A DNA stretch of 64,000 bases from Methanobacteriota archaeon (GTDB lineage: Archaea > Thermoplasmatota > Poseidoniia > Poseidoniales > Poseidoniaceae). Position 1 is the stretch's first letter. Every line of letters starts with the position of its first letter. The position numbers were made by a program, and so were the translations under genes. The DNA is taken from positions 7,687 through 71,686 of the forward strand of contig NZFU01000022.1 in the NCBI GenBank assembly GCA_002689345.1, written 5' to 3'. Below, one piece after another: positions 1-10,194 of this stretch. Under the pieces are notes generated by a model. It was not told the DNA's origin, ran no database searches, and saw nothing but the letters and a program-made list of their open reading frames with translations.

Positions 1-1
1 T

Positions 2-3000
2 GACGAAAATAATGCTGCTAAACTAACAGGAAGTTCTACATCAGATTCAATCGAATTGATGATGGTTGCATCCACATGGGGAATTGAAGAAACCTCTTCT
101 CAATCTGTCAACCTATGTACTACTGAATCTGCAACTTGTAATCAACCATACCTAGAAATCACCTACGATTGGGATAGTAACGGACCTCCGGCTATTCCTA
201 CTCATGTCGCCCCATTGGACGGCCATTCAGTCTGGAATTTGTCCGGTCACAATCTATCGGGTAACACTATGCCAACTCTCGCATGGGATGGTAGTATTTC
301 TTGGACTGGAGACATGTTGATGCAGGTTTCGACAGATGCAGAGTACCGAAATATAATCCATTCTTTCGATACATCCTCTACTTCAGAATTCTCTGAAACT
401 GATGGGAATTGGTCTATCTCTGCAAATGATGCACTGCAAGATGGAATAATGTATCATTGGAGAATGGCTCAAGTTGATTCAACTACGAAACACCATTCTT
501 GGTGGTCTACTTCCTCTTTCCTAGTATCCGGCCTTGAATCAGAATATTTGCAAGCGAATGAAAGTATACTAAGGTTGTCGCATGGAAATGCAACAACTGC
601 AGGAGATGCTCCAAGTTGTGAAGACACGTATATCGACAGTGGAACTCCAAGTAACAACTACAACGGAGAAGATGAGATGCAAATCTCATACAACACATTC
701 CCTTCAGAAACATCAATCCTGATGGGATGCGACCTTACCAGTCATTTGTTGCCAAGTGGATATGCTGTGAAAACTGCTACCATGAAAATGCGACTTGCAG
801 ACTGGCCAACTGGTTCTCCAACCGTAGGTGCTTGGGAAAGTAGGCAACATAATTGGTCGGAATCTTCAGCAACATGGACCACATTTGATGGAACAAATAG
901 CTGGGGAACATCAGGAGCTAAAGGTTGGGAAAGAGCAGGGTTACTCGATTCTGAGACTCTAGGAAACTCCTATTCTGCAGGCGACTGGGTTGAATTTGAT
1001 ATCACCTTGGCGGTTCAGAATGCAATGCGTGAAGACAGGGCAGTAGACCTGGTTATTGGAGTAGTAGGAGTAGGTAGCGGTGCAGATAGAGATGCACTAT
1101 TCTATCCAAATCATGCTAACTCGGCTAATAGACCTGAGATTTCATTCGTATATGTACCAGGTTCTGATGCACTTCCTTCTGAACCAACACCTTTGACTCC
1201 ACTTAATGGGTCATGGTCAGTTGATAGTGGAATCAACCCTGCCCCAGATCAATCACCTCAATTAGCATGGAGTTTCTCCTCTACTGGAGTCAATGTAGGT
1301 GGATGGTCTATTGAATTAGACACCTCTAATTCATTCGACTCTCCAGATCTAATAATGGCCACAAGTTGGACAGATACTGGATTTGACCTCACTAACATGA
1401 CATATGACCTGAGTAGTTTATTGGAAACTGGAAACACTTGGCATTGGAGAGTCAGGGCAACAAGTACTACCAATCAAATTGGAAATTGGTCTTCAGTCTA
1501 TCACTTCTTGTTACCGGACATTACAACATGGGACCTCGGTTCTAATTCCTCTGCTGTAGAACTTCATCACAGAGATGCTATGCCTTCACTCAACCTTCCT
1601 AACTTCATCGACACTTGGGTGGCTGATTCAGGAGTTGGGGCAACTGCAGACCAATCTTCGTCTTCTACATTCAAGGTAGGAACAAATAGTACAGGAGTTA
1701 ATGCAACTGCTTTGATGAAAATTCCATTAACAGAATTACCTAATCCACAAAATGCGCATATTTCGAATGCTGTTCTAAACCTGTATGCGCAATTCGGCTC
1801 TGATACTGGAAATTCAATTTCTATTCATCCGGCTTTAGTAGCGTGGAATACTAGTGCTAATGGAACCACTTATGATGGTACAAATAATTGGTCATCACCA
1901 GGAGCTATGAGTGCTAATGATAGAGGAGTGATGTCCGATGTTAAATCAAGTGCATCCGCAGATTGGATGAACTTTGATGTTACCGAATTGGTTCAGGATG
2001 CATTTGCAAATGGTGAAACACACCTCTCGCTGATGATAGTTGGATCTATTGGCATGGGCCAGTCCGTATTCACATCTACCGACGGTGGTGTAAATGAAAG
2101 ACCATGGCTCAATTTGACTTGGACTACCGGTGCTGCATCTTCACCCGAATCAGCTGGTTCGAATGTTGCTCCTGCAGTAGATGAGATCATTTGGGACACA
2201 TCAACTCATGCACTCCTACCGGGAGATACTCCAAGTTTCACATGGACTCATTCCAACCCATCTAATGTTGATGATTGGAGACTATTCATTTGGGAAGACT
2301 ACTCCGATGAGAGGGCTGGATGGATCGTATATGATAGTCGTAAATCTACCAATGGCTGGGACATTACTAACTTAACATGGACATCTCCGTCTAGTTTGTC
2401 ATCTGGTGAATCCTACGAATGGTTTGTTCAACCGATTACCAACGATATACTTGGAGCACGTGGTAGTGACACAATATTCCATATTCCTGCAAATACTGGA
2501 AATAGCATCAATTCAACTGATGCAAACATCTCATTACAGGAAGGATTGATTGTAGAGGCATTAGATTACCCTGCAATATTTGTTGATACATTTGTGGATT
2601 CTGGCTCGGCTAATACAGCATTTGAAAGGAGTTCTGAATTGATAATGGGTCTCTCAAACTATTCCTCATCCTCCAATCATTATTCTCAGACAATGATGAC
2701 TATTGATTGGTCAGGCTTACCAATTCCTGCTTCGCATGAATTTGTTGATGCGGAATTGTCTCTTCACAAGATAAGTGGAGGAGAAGCAAACCAAGAGACT
2801 GTTAAGGTCGCTATCTGTGAGGTATTGGACACATGGAACTCTAGTGCTACTATGTCTGGACCAACTGGCGTAAACTCTTCTTGGAGTAATCCAAGATGTG
2901 ATGTACCATTTGAAATAGCAACTGTAGACCATCAAGACATTACCTCTCAATTTGATATCACTTACGCTGTACAACATGCGCATGCATCTGGACTAGACAA

Positions 3001-6000
3001 GGTGAATTTGATGTTCACGGTAGTGGGTAACAACTCGGATGAATGGCACTTTGCAAGTAGCAATTACAATGTTGATGTCGATGATAGGCCGGAAATAACA
3101 CTTACTTGGAGAACGGGTAATCAATGGTTACCATCTTCCCCAAGTAACTTATCTCCAGCTGATGGCACTACGTTGTGGAATACAACCTCATCTTTACCTC
3201 GCGGTGCTGATTCCATGGATTTCAATTTCACATCTCAAATTTCAAATGAATCAAGATGGATTGTTGAAGTCTCGCCTTCTCCACGATTTACTGAAGATGT
3301 ACAATTGATCGACTTAACTGACAACTCTACATTTGGAGGCATTTGGGATTATGCAAATCTAACATACACACTAGACACATCAGGAGATGCTGATGATTCA
3401 TGGGTATATTGGAGAGTAAGAGCAGAACAAGACCACAGGCTAGGAACTTGGTCCGCTCCTAACTCATACAGAGTACCAGGCGTAATAGGTTCAGATGATG
3501 GAGCAGGAAATAACACCGTGACGATGTATCAGGGCTCTGTTTTCGAAGAAAGTGGCTATTTGCCAACTATTCCTGATGCTACGATTGATTCAAACCGGGC
3601 AACTTCAAGTTTGGGTAACAATGGACAACTCGATCTGGGGATTTCATCTGGAGGTTCTGGTGAATCAAAGATTATGTTATCTTTCGATCTTTCTGAATTA
3701 CCATTCCCTGCTGCAATGACTCCTACTAGTGCACTATTGTCACTATACCGAAATAACGTATCAGGAACTTCATCTCTTACTGTAAGCGCGCATGCCTGTG
3801 ATACATTTACAGAAAATAGTGTAACTTGGAATAACGCTCCATCGTGTACTGTTGGTGAAGTTACACGTTCGACTATGTTAGTAGTACCAACCAATGGATG
3901 GCAGGTATGGGATATCACTTCACTAGCACAATCTAATGTAGCGAATGGAAATAATACTTTGACTGTGATGCTACAATCGGTTGGCTCACCATCTTCAGGA
4001 CATACATTCTATGATAATTCAGCTAGTGAATCATTTAGACCGAAATTGGTTCTTGATTACGTTGACAATGTGGATGGAGTTATTCCTCCTGCTCAACCTA
4101 CACTTACCTATCCGGGCGATGGAGATATTCTCTACAATACCAGTTCTTGGGTATTGGAATCACTAGATAAGCCTCAATTATCATGGAATAGTGTTACAAA
4201 TGCCACAGGATATATTGTGACTATTGCAAGTACAGATGGCCAACTGAAGTACAAGTCTTGGGAAGACTCTGAAATAAGTGGTACTACTTTCACGTTTAGC
4301 CAAGACCTCCTTGAAGGAGAAGTTTACAGTTGGTGGGTTCAAGCTATCAATGGCTCAATTCCGGGGCCATCATCAAGTCGTAGAACATTTGCGATAGGAT
4401 CACCTGTTGACCATTCATACAATGATGATCACACATGGACCTATACTTTCCAAACCGGAAATGAAGTTGCTGATTTGGGACACACAAATATCAGGGATTC
4501 ATACATTGGAAGTGGATTTGGTGATATGAACCACGGTTCTGAATCAATGAATGTTGGATTCAACTGTGAGGGTGCTAATACCGAATGTAGGTCAATAATT
4601 GCACTCGATAATAGTCAGGTACCATTGCCTTTAGGAGCGAAAATATATTATGCGGATTTGGTTTTGCAAATAGAGAATCCTCCTTCGGTGGCAATGGGTT
4701 TCAGTGTACATAGATTATTAACAAGCGCATGGAGTCAATCAGGCTCTACATGGAACAACTCTGCATCCAGCATACCTTGGAGTACTGGAGGAATGACTGC
4801 AGGCATAGATTATGAGGCCACACCAATCTCTGATGCCTTTTTCCAGATTGGAGATACTGAAGTATGGTTTGCTCTTGGTCACTCTAGTATGACTATGAAT
4901 GGTGACCACGGATGGATTATAATTGCAACATCATCCTCAGCAGATAGTATTGAATTCTATTCTAGTGAAAGTTCGCTAGAGAATCGACCAAAGATTTCAA
5001 TCCAATACACAGATGTTCATTCGGTTTCTATCTCACCTGCAGGTTCTACAACCGATGCAGATACTCAAGTTCAGTTTTCACATATTTTGAACGATGCATT
5101 AGGTGGAATGGTTGCAGAAGATGTCGAATGGTCAGCCAGTGATGGTTCAATCGACTATTCTGGATTATTTACTCCTGAGCATGTTGGGCTACACAATATT
5201 ACCGCTTGTTTCGGAGTTATATGTACTACTGAATCAATTACAGTAACTCCGGGTGCAGCAGATATTCTAGTTGTAGAAGATAGATTAGAAACAATTACTG
5301 CAGATGAGTCATTTACGATTGTTGCTGTAATCCATGACCAACATGGAAACATAGTTCCTGGATTGACAATAACATATACTCCATCTAATGGAACAATGAC
5401 TGGAACGACATTTTTCCCACACACATCGGGTAGTCAAACAGTATTAGTTGAGTGGGGTGAACAGAGCATCTTTGTTGATATCGAAGTATTAGCCGGCCTT
5501 CCTACACATTACATTACAAGTGGGTGTGAAGGAATCATACATGCTGGTGAGACTTGTCAATTAACTTGGACATTACATGACCAATATGAAAATATATTGA
5601 ATTTGGAGATTGGTGGTGGCATAACTTGGACTGCTGGCGGAGGTGTATTCACTGAAGACAACGGAACTTACTTTGCAATGACTGTCGGTAATTACAATAT
5701 CACTATGGCTTCAACAGGAGGAATAAATCATGTTATTCCAATAGAAGTAACAGATGGAGAAATGGCAAGTTTAGAAATCAATGCCTCCTCTACATTCGTC
5801 ACTGCTGATGATGTTGTATTCCTAAACACGACTCGTATTGATATTATGGGTAATCGCCTATCTGTTGTGATACCTCAGGAGAATTGGACTATTGCTGATG
5901 GAGATATTACTGCAGGTCAGCCGGCAGTATGGCACGCTCACCGAAGAGGAACAAAAACCCTAACTGCAAGTTATGCTGGAATTGATAGCAGTATTTCAAT

Positions 6001-7543
6001 TCAAGTAACTCAGGGAGTAATAGCCGGATTGACATTAACAATTGATGAAGAAGATGCAACCTCAACCCTACAAGAAATTACTGCAGATGATGAACTAACG
6101 ATCTATGCTTGGGCACATGATTCTGATGGTAACAAATGGTCTGAACAGGTCTCATGGTCAGTAGAGCATGTACAATTTGCGGACCAAAGTCTACTGCAAG
6201 AATTGACATATGGTAGTGAAACAAGATTTGCTCCTTTGAGGTCGTCTGAGGATTACTATACACTACGTGCTACTTACTCAGATAGTGAATTACCTGCCCC
6301 TCTAAGTGTTACATTACAGATTTCTGTAAGCCATGGAGATTTAGTCAAAGTGATATTACCAGGATTACCAGATAATCAAAATGAAGAAATTCTCAAAACT
6401 GCTGATGATGAATTATCATTCCAACCAGTATTGTATGATGGAGACAACAATACAATTGACCCCTCTATCATCTCTTACACCTTAGAAAACCGAGAAACTG
6501 GAGTTAAAACAAATATTACATCTACAATCATTGATGAGTCCGGAACATGGAATGCTACTTTGGTGGGTGAGTGGAAGATTACCGCTTGGGCTATTTCTGA
6601 AAATGGATATAATATTACTAGATATGCCAATATTACCGTAACCCATGGTGTTGCGAATTCTGTTGCTATTGATGTCATTGCAAATACTGCCACAGCAGGA
6701 GATAAATACACATTGACAATTACAGCAACTGACTATGATGGAAACACTTTCTTGACCGAAGTATTGTGGAAACAGGGCATTTCAGTACCTACTACAATTA
6801 GTGCCATAGATACTGGAATTTATGAGTGGAGTGCCACGACAGCTGGAGAACATACATTTGATTTCAATACTGGAAACCAAAAATTCGGTCAATGGACTGT
6901 TACGGTTTCAGCACACCATATTGTCGATAGAATTGAATTGACAATACTAGATGATTCTGCTCTACAGTTGGAATCGTATGAAATTGAAGTACATACATTT
7001 GATGCATGGAATAACGAGATACCGGTTCCACCAGAAACTCAGGTTAAATTGACAGGAAGAATGTCTGCTGAGGCTGGAGAAAATGGAATGTGGACTATCA
7101 CGACCATGGATGATGGTGAGCAAACAGTTACCATTACGGTTCACAATGAAGAAGTTTCAGACACTATAGTTGTTGAAGGTACTTTCATGGGATTCTTTGA
7201 ATCCGGAGGAACCCTATACTATGCTGGTGGTATCTTGGCGATTCTAGTCGTCCTAGTACTCCTAGTAGTCATCGTAATGGTTCTGCGTTCTGGCGGATCT
7301 GAGTATGATGATGAAGATGATGATGATTACGAGTATGATGATGATGACGATGATCTGCAACAAACTCAGGATTTAGGTCCTGGCCCTGGCGGTCCACCTC
7401 CTTCATCTGAGCCACAGCAACCCGATTGGGCGGTCGATTACCGAATCGATGATGACGATGGAACCGCATGGGCTGAGGCAGAGGATGGAACTTGGTACTA
7501 CTGGGATAATGACACATCTGGTTGGGAAGAATGGGCAGATTGA
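2..7543 (+). CDS. Giant surface protein, 5'-partial. It has at least 6 tandem FN3-like + DNRLRE-like supermodules, then Big_2-style Ig repeats, a C-terminal TM anchor and an acidic, Pro- and Trp-rich cytoplasmic tail
   Basis: Frame 2 has no stop from nt 2 (DENNAAKLTG... precedes the track start at 56), so the N-terminus lies upstream of the window. A module-ending motif recurs: NQPYLEITYDW (~145), NRPEISFVY (~1130), ERPWLNLTW (~2096), DRPEITLTW (~3085), FRPKLVLDY (~4036), NRPKISIQY (~4985). These alternate with FN3-like W(H/Y)WR(V/M).A segments. Ig-like repeats (...ITA...VTPG) span ~5010-7150. The TM is GGILAILVVLVLLVVIVMVL (~7222-7287), followed by a D/E-rich tail. Confidence 0.85.
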   Translation, partial: DENNAAKLTGSSTSDSIELMMVASTWGIEETSSQSVNLCTTESATCNQPYLEITYDWDSNGPPAIPTHVAPLDGHSVWNLSGHNLSGNTMPTLAWDGSISWTGDMLMQVSTDAEYRNIIHSFDTSSTSEFSETDGNWSISANDALQDGIMYHWRMAQVDSTTKHHSWWSTSSFLVSGLESEYLQANESILRLSHGNATTAGDAPSCEDTYIDSGTPSNNYNGEDEMQISYNTFPSETSILMGCDLTSHLLPSGYAVKTATMKMRLADWPTGSPTVGAWESRQHNWSESSATWTTFDGTNSWGTSGAKGWERAGLLDSETLGNSYSAGDWVEFDITLAVQNAMREDRAVDLVIGVVGVGSGADRDALFYPNHANSANRPEISFVYVPGSDALPSEPTPLTPLNGSWSVDSGINPAPDQSPQLAWSFSSTGVNVGGWSIELDTSNSFDSPDLIMATSWTDTGFDLTNMTYDLSSLLETGNTWHWRVRATSTTNQIGNWSSVYHFLLPDITTWDLGSNSSAVELHHRDAMPSLNLPNFIDTWVADSGVGATADQSSSSTFKVGTNSTGVNATALMKIPLTELPNPQNAHISNAVLNLYAQFGSDTGNSISIHPALVAWNTSANGTTYDGTNNWSSPGAMSANDRGVMSDVKSSASADWMNFDVTELVQDAFANGETHLSLMIVGSIGMGQSVFTSTDGGVNERPWLNLTWTTGAASSPESAGSNVAPAVDEIIWDTSTHALLPGDTPSFTWTHSNPSNVDDWRLFIWEDYSDERAGWIVYDSRKSTNGWDITNLTWTSPSSLSSGESYEWFVQPITNDILGARGSDTIFHIPANTGNSINSTDANISLQEGLIVEALDYPAIFVDTFVDSGSANTAFERSSELIMGLSNYSSSSNHYSQTMMTIDWSGLPIPASHEFVDAELSLHKISGGEANQETVKVAICEVLDTWNSSATMSGPTGVNSSWSNPRCDVPFEIATVDHQDITSQFDITYAVQHAHASGLDKVNLMFTVVGNNSDEWHFASSNYNVDVDDRPEITLTWRTGNQWLPSSPSNLSPADGTTLWNTTSSLPRGADSMDFNFTSQISNESRWIVEVSPSPRFTEDVQLIDLTDNSTFGGIWDYANLTYTLDTSGDADDSWVYWRVRAEQDHRLGTWSAPNSYRVPGVIGSDDGAGNNTVTMYQGSVFEESGYLPTIPDATIDSNRATSSLGNNGQLDLGISSGGSGESKIMLSFDLSELPFPAAMTPTSALLSLYRNNVSGTSSLTVSAHACDTFTENSVTWNNAPSCTVGEVTRSTMLVVPTNGWQVWDITSLAQSNVANGNNTLTVMLQSVGSPSSGHTFYDNSASESFRPKLVLDYVDNVDGVIPPAQPTLTYPGDGDILYNTSSWVLESLDKPQLSWNSVTNATGYIVTIASTDGQLKYKSWEDSEISGTTFTFSQDLLEGEVYSWWVQAINGSIPGPSSSRRTFAIGSPVDHSYNDDHTWTYTFQTGNEVADLGHTNIRDSYIGSGFGDMNHGSESMNVGFNCEGANTECRSIIALDNSQVPLPLGAKIYYADLVLQIENPPSVAMGFSVHRLLTSAWSQSGSTWNNSASSIPWSTGGMTAGIDYEATPISDAFFQIGDTEVWFALGHSSMTMNGDHGWIIIATSSSADSIEFYSSESSLENRPKISIQYTDVHSVSISPAGSTTDADTQVQFSHILNDALGGMVAEDVEWSASDGSIDYSGLFTPEHVGLHNITACFGVICTTESITVTPGAADILVVEDRLETITADESFTIVAVIHDQHGNIVPGLTITYTPSNGTMTGTTFFPHTSGSQTVLVEWGEQSIFVDIEVLAGLPTHYITSGCEGIIHAGETCQLTWTLHDQYENILNLEIGGGITWTAGGGVFTEDNGTYFAMTVGNYNITMASTGGINHVIPIEVTDGEMASLEINASSTFVTADDVVFLNTTRIDIMGNRLSVVIPQENWTIADGDITAGQPAVWHAHRRGTKTLTASYAGIDSSISIQVTQGVIAGLTLTIDEEDATSTLQEITADDELTIYAWAHDSDGNKWSEQVSWSVEHVQFADQSLLQELTYGSETRFAPLRSSEDYYTLRATYSDSELPAPLSVTLQISVSHGDLVKVILPGLPDNQNEEILKTADDELSFQPVLYDGDNNTIDPSIISYTLENRETGVKTNITSTIIDESGTWNATLVGEWKITAWAISENGYNITRYANITVTHGVANSVAIDVIANTATAGDKYTLTITATDYDGNTFLTEVLWKQGISVPTTISAIDTGIYEWSATTAGEHTFDFNTGNQKFGQWTVTVSAHHIVDRIELTILDDSALQLESYEIEVHTFDAWNNEIPVPPETQVKLTGRMSAEAGENGMWTITTMDDGEQTVTITVHNEEVSDTIVVEGTFMGFFESGGTLYYAGGILAILVVLVLLVVIVMVLRSGGSEYDDEDDDDYEYDDDDDDLQQTQDLGPGPGGPPPSSEPQQPDWAVDYRIDDDDGTAWAEAEDGTWYYWDNDTSGWEEWAD
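7301..7357 (+). repeat. Coding GAT/GAC/GAA-rich low-complexity run (EYDDEDDDDYEYDDDDDD)
   Basis: gagtatgatgatgaagatgatgatgattacgagtatgatgatgatgacgatgat lies in the cytoplasmic tail of the first giant protein. Confidence 0.9.
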
Positions 7544-7593
7544 GCTGTAACTTAGTAATACATTGAACATTTATTTTGTTGGGGGAGATTTCT

Positions 7594-10194
7594 GTGAAAA
7601 GAGGAGTGCTTTCATTATTGGTGGTACTTCTATTAGTCCAGATTTCGGCACCTGTTTTTGCAGCAACACCTGCAAGCATACAAATTGATTCACACACTCA
7701 AAGTGTCAGTGCCGATCAAGCTGTTAGGTTCAATGCAGTAGTAAAGGACTCTTCAGGTAGTCCAATCAATGAAGAAATCATTTGGAGTACAAGTTCTGGC
7801 ATTATTGATTCAGATGGCCTCTTTACTCCGGGATTAGCCGGACAAACAACTATCACAGCGAGTAGTGGGAATGTTAATTCAACTACAACAATTGATGTTG
7901 TACCTGGATGGCCAGTAGGTATTCAATCGGGATTCAATGTTACCGAAGTTAGTGTTGATGATGAGATTCAACTTAACGCTACACTTGTCGATAGAGCAGG
8001 GAATCCAGTACCTGGTGATTTAACTTGGCGATGTCAAAACGGAGAGATAGATCATACTAACAATACCTGGAAGCCAGATGAAGTAGGAAATGCAACTATG
8101 AGAATAATCTACTTGGAATTAGAGAATCAAGTGATTTTTAATGTAGTTCCTGGTGCTCCAAGTACGCTCGATTTGCCATTTGGATTAACTGTTCAGAGTG
8201 GTACAACGATTCACATCCAACCAACTGCCAAGGACGCATTAGGAAATGAAGTTGGAATATCTAAAGCCGGGGAATTAACTTGGACTGCTGAAAACGGTTC
8301 AATTTCACCAACTGGAGTGTATTTTGGTTCAGCCCCGGGAGTATGGAATATATCGGTCAATAGCACATCTGGAGCCATTGGCCAGGGGGTAATACGTGTA
8401 TTACCTGCACAAGCGACTGGCCTTGATATCGAAATGGATGTGACTCAGGCCAGAACTGGTTCATCAGTCATTTTATCTGCGATTCGAACCGATGTTTTAG
8501 GAAATTCAGGCCAAGTTATACTTCCATTGGCAAATTGGACTGTACCCACTGGTTCTCTCTCTATGGATGGGGATTCTGTAATATGGACACCATCTAGAAT
8601 TGGAGATTGGACAATTGGCGTCAACGACCAAGGGTTCTCGGCTACTATGCAGGTGAATGTTGTTCAGGGAGTCATCATTGGAATCGATGTACTTCTATCA
8701 GAAGATGTATTACGTTCTGGAGATTCAATTGTCGCTTCTGTATCAGCATATGATGCTGCTGGAAACCATAGAGCAGTTGATGGAGCATGGACTATTGCTA
8801 GTGAATTAGGTCCTGAAGATCAAGGTGGATGGATGCAATTGAGACCGGGCCCAACCGGAAACTACTCCATTTCAGCAACCTGGTTCGATAATGAAACTCA
8901 AACCGTTCATGATGTAGATTCAATTTTGAATATTATTCCAGGTGAATTAGCAAGAATTGTTCTTCCTGAGAGTGGTACGCGTGTACCATCAGATGGGGTA
9001 CTAAACCTTCAACCAATTTTTGAAGATGAATTTGAAAATATAGTAGATGATGTTCTAGTAACTTGGATAGTTGATGATGTTGACCTGACTATGGAAATAC
9101 GTTTAGCAGGTGAAAAATGGGCTCCATCTTCTCTAGGTATGCATGAGATTAGAGCAATGGCACAAGGGGTTTTCGCCATCACTGATGTTGAAGTTATTGC
9201 AGGCACTGCAAGGCATATCTCTACCGATTATGATGATGGAATACAAGTTGATAGTGGAGAGACCGTAGAAATTCAAATTTCAACAGCAGATGTTCATGGT
9301 AATCTTGCTCTCGCATCAAGCGTCGACTTCGATTACGATGACCCACAAGGAGAGATATCACCTTCATCCAAAGGTGATGGGTACTGGATTATCGAAGGTG
9401 GCGAGGCTGGAGAGTGGAATCTAAGATTCCAGACTGGGTCTGCAACCCTCGACGTTATGGTTACTGTTTCTCCTGGCCAACCGGTTAGATTACTGGCTGA
9501 AATTCCTGAACAAAACCCAGAAGAAGGAAGTGAGATGATTATCAGAATCTATGCCATTGACCAAGCGGGCAATAGAATTGATGTTCCTTCAGATGATGTT
9601 GAAATCAAATGTACTGTCGGTTCGACCAAACACATTTCTGGAGATACATATGAGGTATCTGTTGACCAAGCAGGACAATCGCAATCGTGTAATGCATACT
9701 GGAATGATTTAGTGGCACAACGTTTCTTCGATGTGGATGCGGTTTTGTTTGGAGGCGGACTTGGTGATTCTAATACTGCCCTAACAATGGTCTCGATTAT
9801 CATTTTCTTATTCATTGCAATCATGCTAGTTCTGATTCGCAAGATGAAGAGTGATAAAGAAGATGCCGACTATTGGGAAGATGATGATTTAGATGAATTT
9901 GAAGACGAAGATGAAGTCGAAGAAATCCAATCAAATGATGTGGCCAAAACAACTCCAGAAAAAGAGCAGGCAAAGCATGTTCCTGAGGTTGCTGCAAAAC
10001 AAGATACTGAAGCTGTTCAAGAAGAATCCAAAGAGCAGTTGCGAGCAAGACTTGCTGCTGAAGCAAAGCGCACTGGTGTTATGCAAGCAGCACCTGGTAC
10101 TGAACAGGGTAAAACCGGTTGGTACATAGATTCTAGTGGAGAATTAACTTCTTGGTTGGTTTCTGATAGCGGTGAATGGACTCGAATGTCCTGA
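7594..10194 (+). CDS. Surface protein made of ~8 Big_2-style Ig-like repeats, with a signal peptide, C-terminal TM anchor and charged cytoplasmic tail
   Basis: The track ORF starts at TTG 7576. GTG 7594 gives a classical signal peptide, (M)KRGVLSLLVVLLLVQISAPVFA|ATPAS, with GGGGGAG just upstream. Repeats of the type IQIDSHTQSVSADQAVRFNAVVKDSSGSPI...GLFTPGLAGQTTITA...VVPG occur. The TM is MVSIIIFLFIAIMLVLI (~9781-9840). The tail ends GKTGWYIDSSGELTSWLVSDSGEWTRMS. Confidence 0.8.
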   Translation: MKRGVLSLLVVLLLVQISAPVFAATPASIQIDSHTQSVSADQAVRFNAVVKDSSGSPINEEIIWSTSSGIIDSDGLFTPGLAGQTTITASSGNVNSTTTIDVVPGWPVGIQSGFNVTEVSVDDEIQLNATLVDRAGNPVPGDLTWRCQNGEIDHTNNTWKPDEVGNATMRIIYLELENQVIFNVVPGAPSTLDLPFGLTVQSGTTIHIQPTAKDALGNEVGISKAGELTWTAENGSISPTGVYFGSAPGVWNISVNSTSGAIGQGVIRVLPAQATGLDIEMDVTQARTGSSVILSAIRTDVLGNSGQVILPLANWTVPTGSLSMDGDSVIWTPSRIGDWTIGVNDQGFSATMQVNVVQGVIIGIDVLLSEDVLRSGDSIVASVSAYDAAGNHRAVDGAWTIASELGPEDQGGWMQLRPGPTGNYSISATWFDNETQTVHDVDSILNIIPGELARIVLPESGTRVPSDGVLNLQPIFEDEFENIVDDVLVTWIVDDVDLTMEIRLAGEKWAPSSLGMHEIRAMAQGVFAITDVEVIAGTARHISTDYDDGIQVDSGETVEIQISTADVHGNLALASSVDFDYDDPQGEISPSSKGDGYWIIEGGEAGEWNLRFQTGSATLDVMVTVSPGQPVRLLAEIPEQNPEEGSEMIIRIYAIDQAGNRIDVPSDDVEIKCTVGSTKHISGDTYEVSVDQAGQSQSCNAYWNDLVAQRFFDVDAVLFGGGLGDSNTALTMVSIIIFLFIAIMLVLIRKMKSDKEDADYWEDDDLDEFEDEDEVEEIQSNDVAKTTPEKEQAKHVPEVAAKQDTEAVQEESKEQLRARLAAEAKRTGVMQAAPGTEQGKTGWYIDSSGELTSWLVSDSGEWTRMS

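Noticed and set aside
7269-7697. A 142-aa minus-strand ORF, His-rich (HHHHTRNHHHLHHH).
   Set aside because: It lies antisense to the acidic GAT/GAA-rich tail of the first giant protein. The His run is simply the complement of Asp/Glu codons read backwards. It also spans the intergenic region and the start of the next well-supported + gene.
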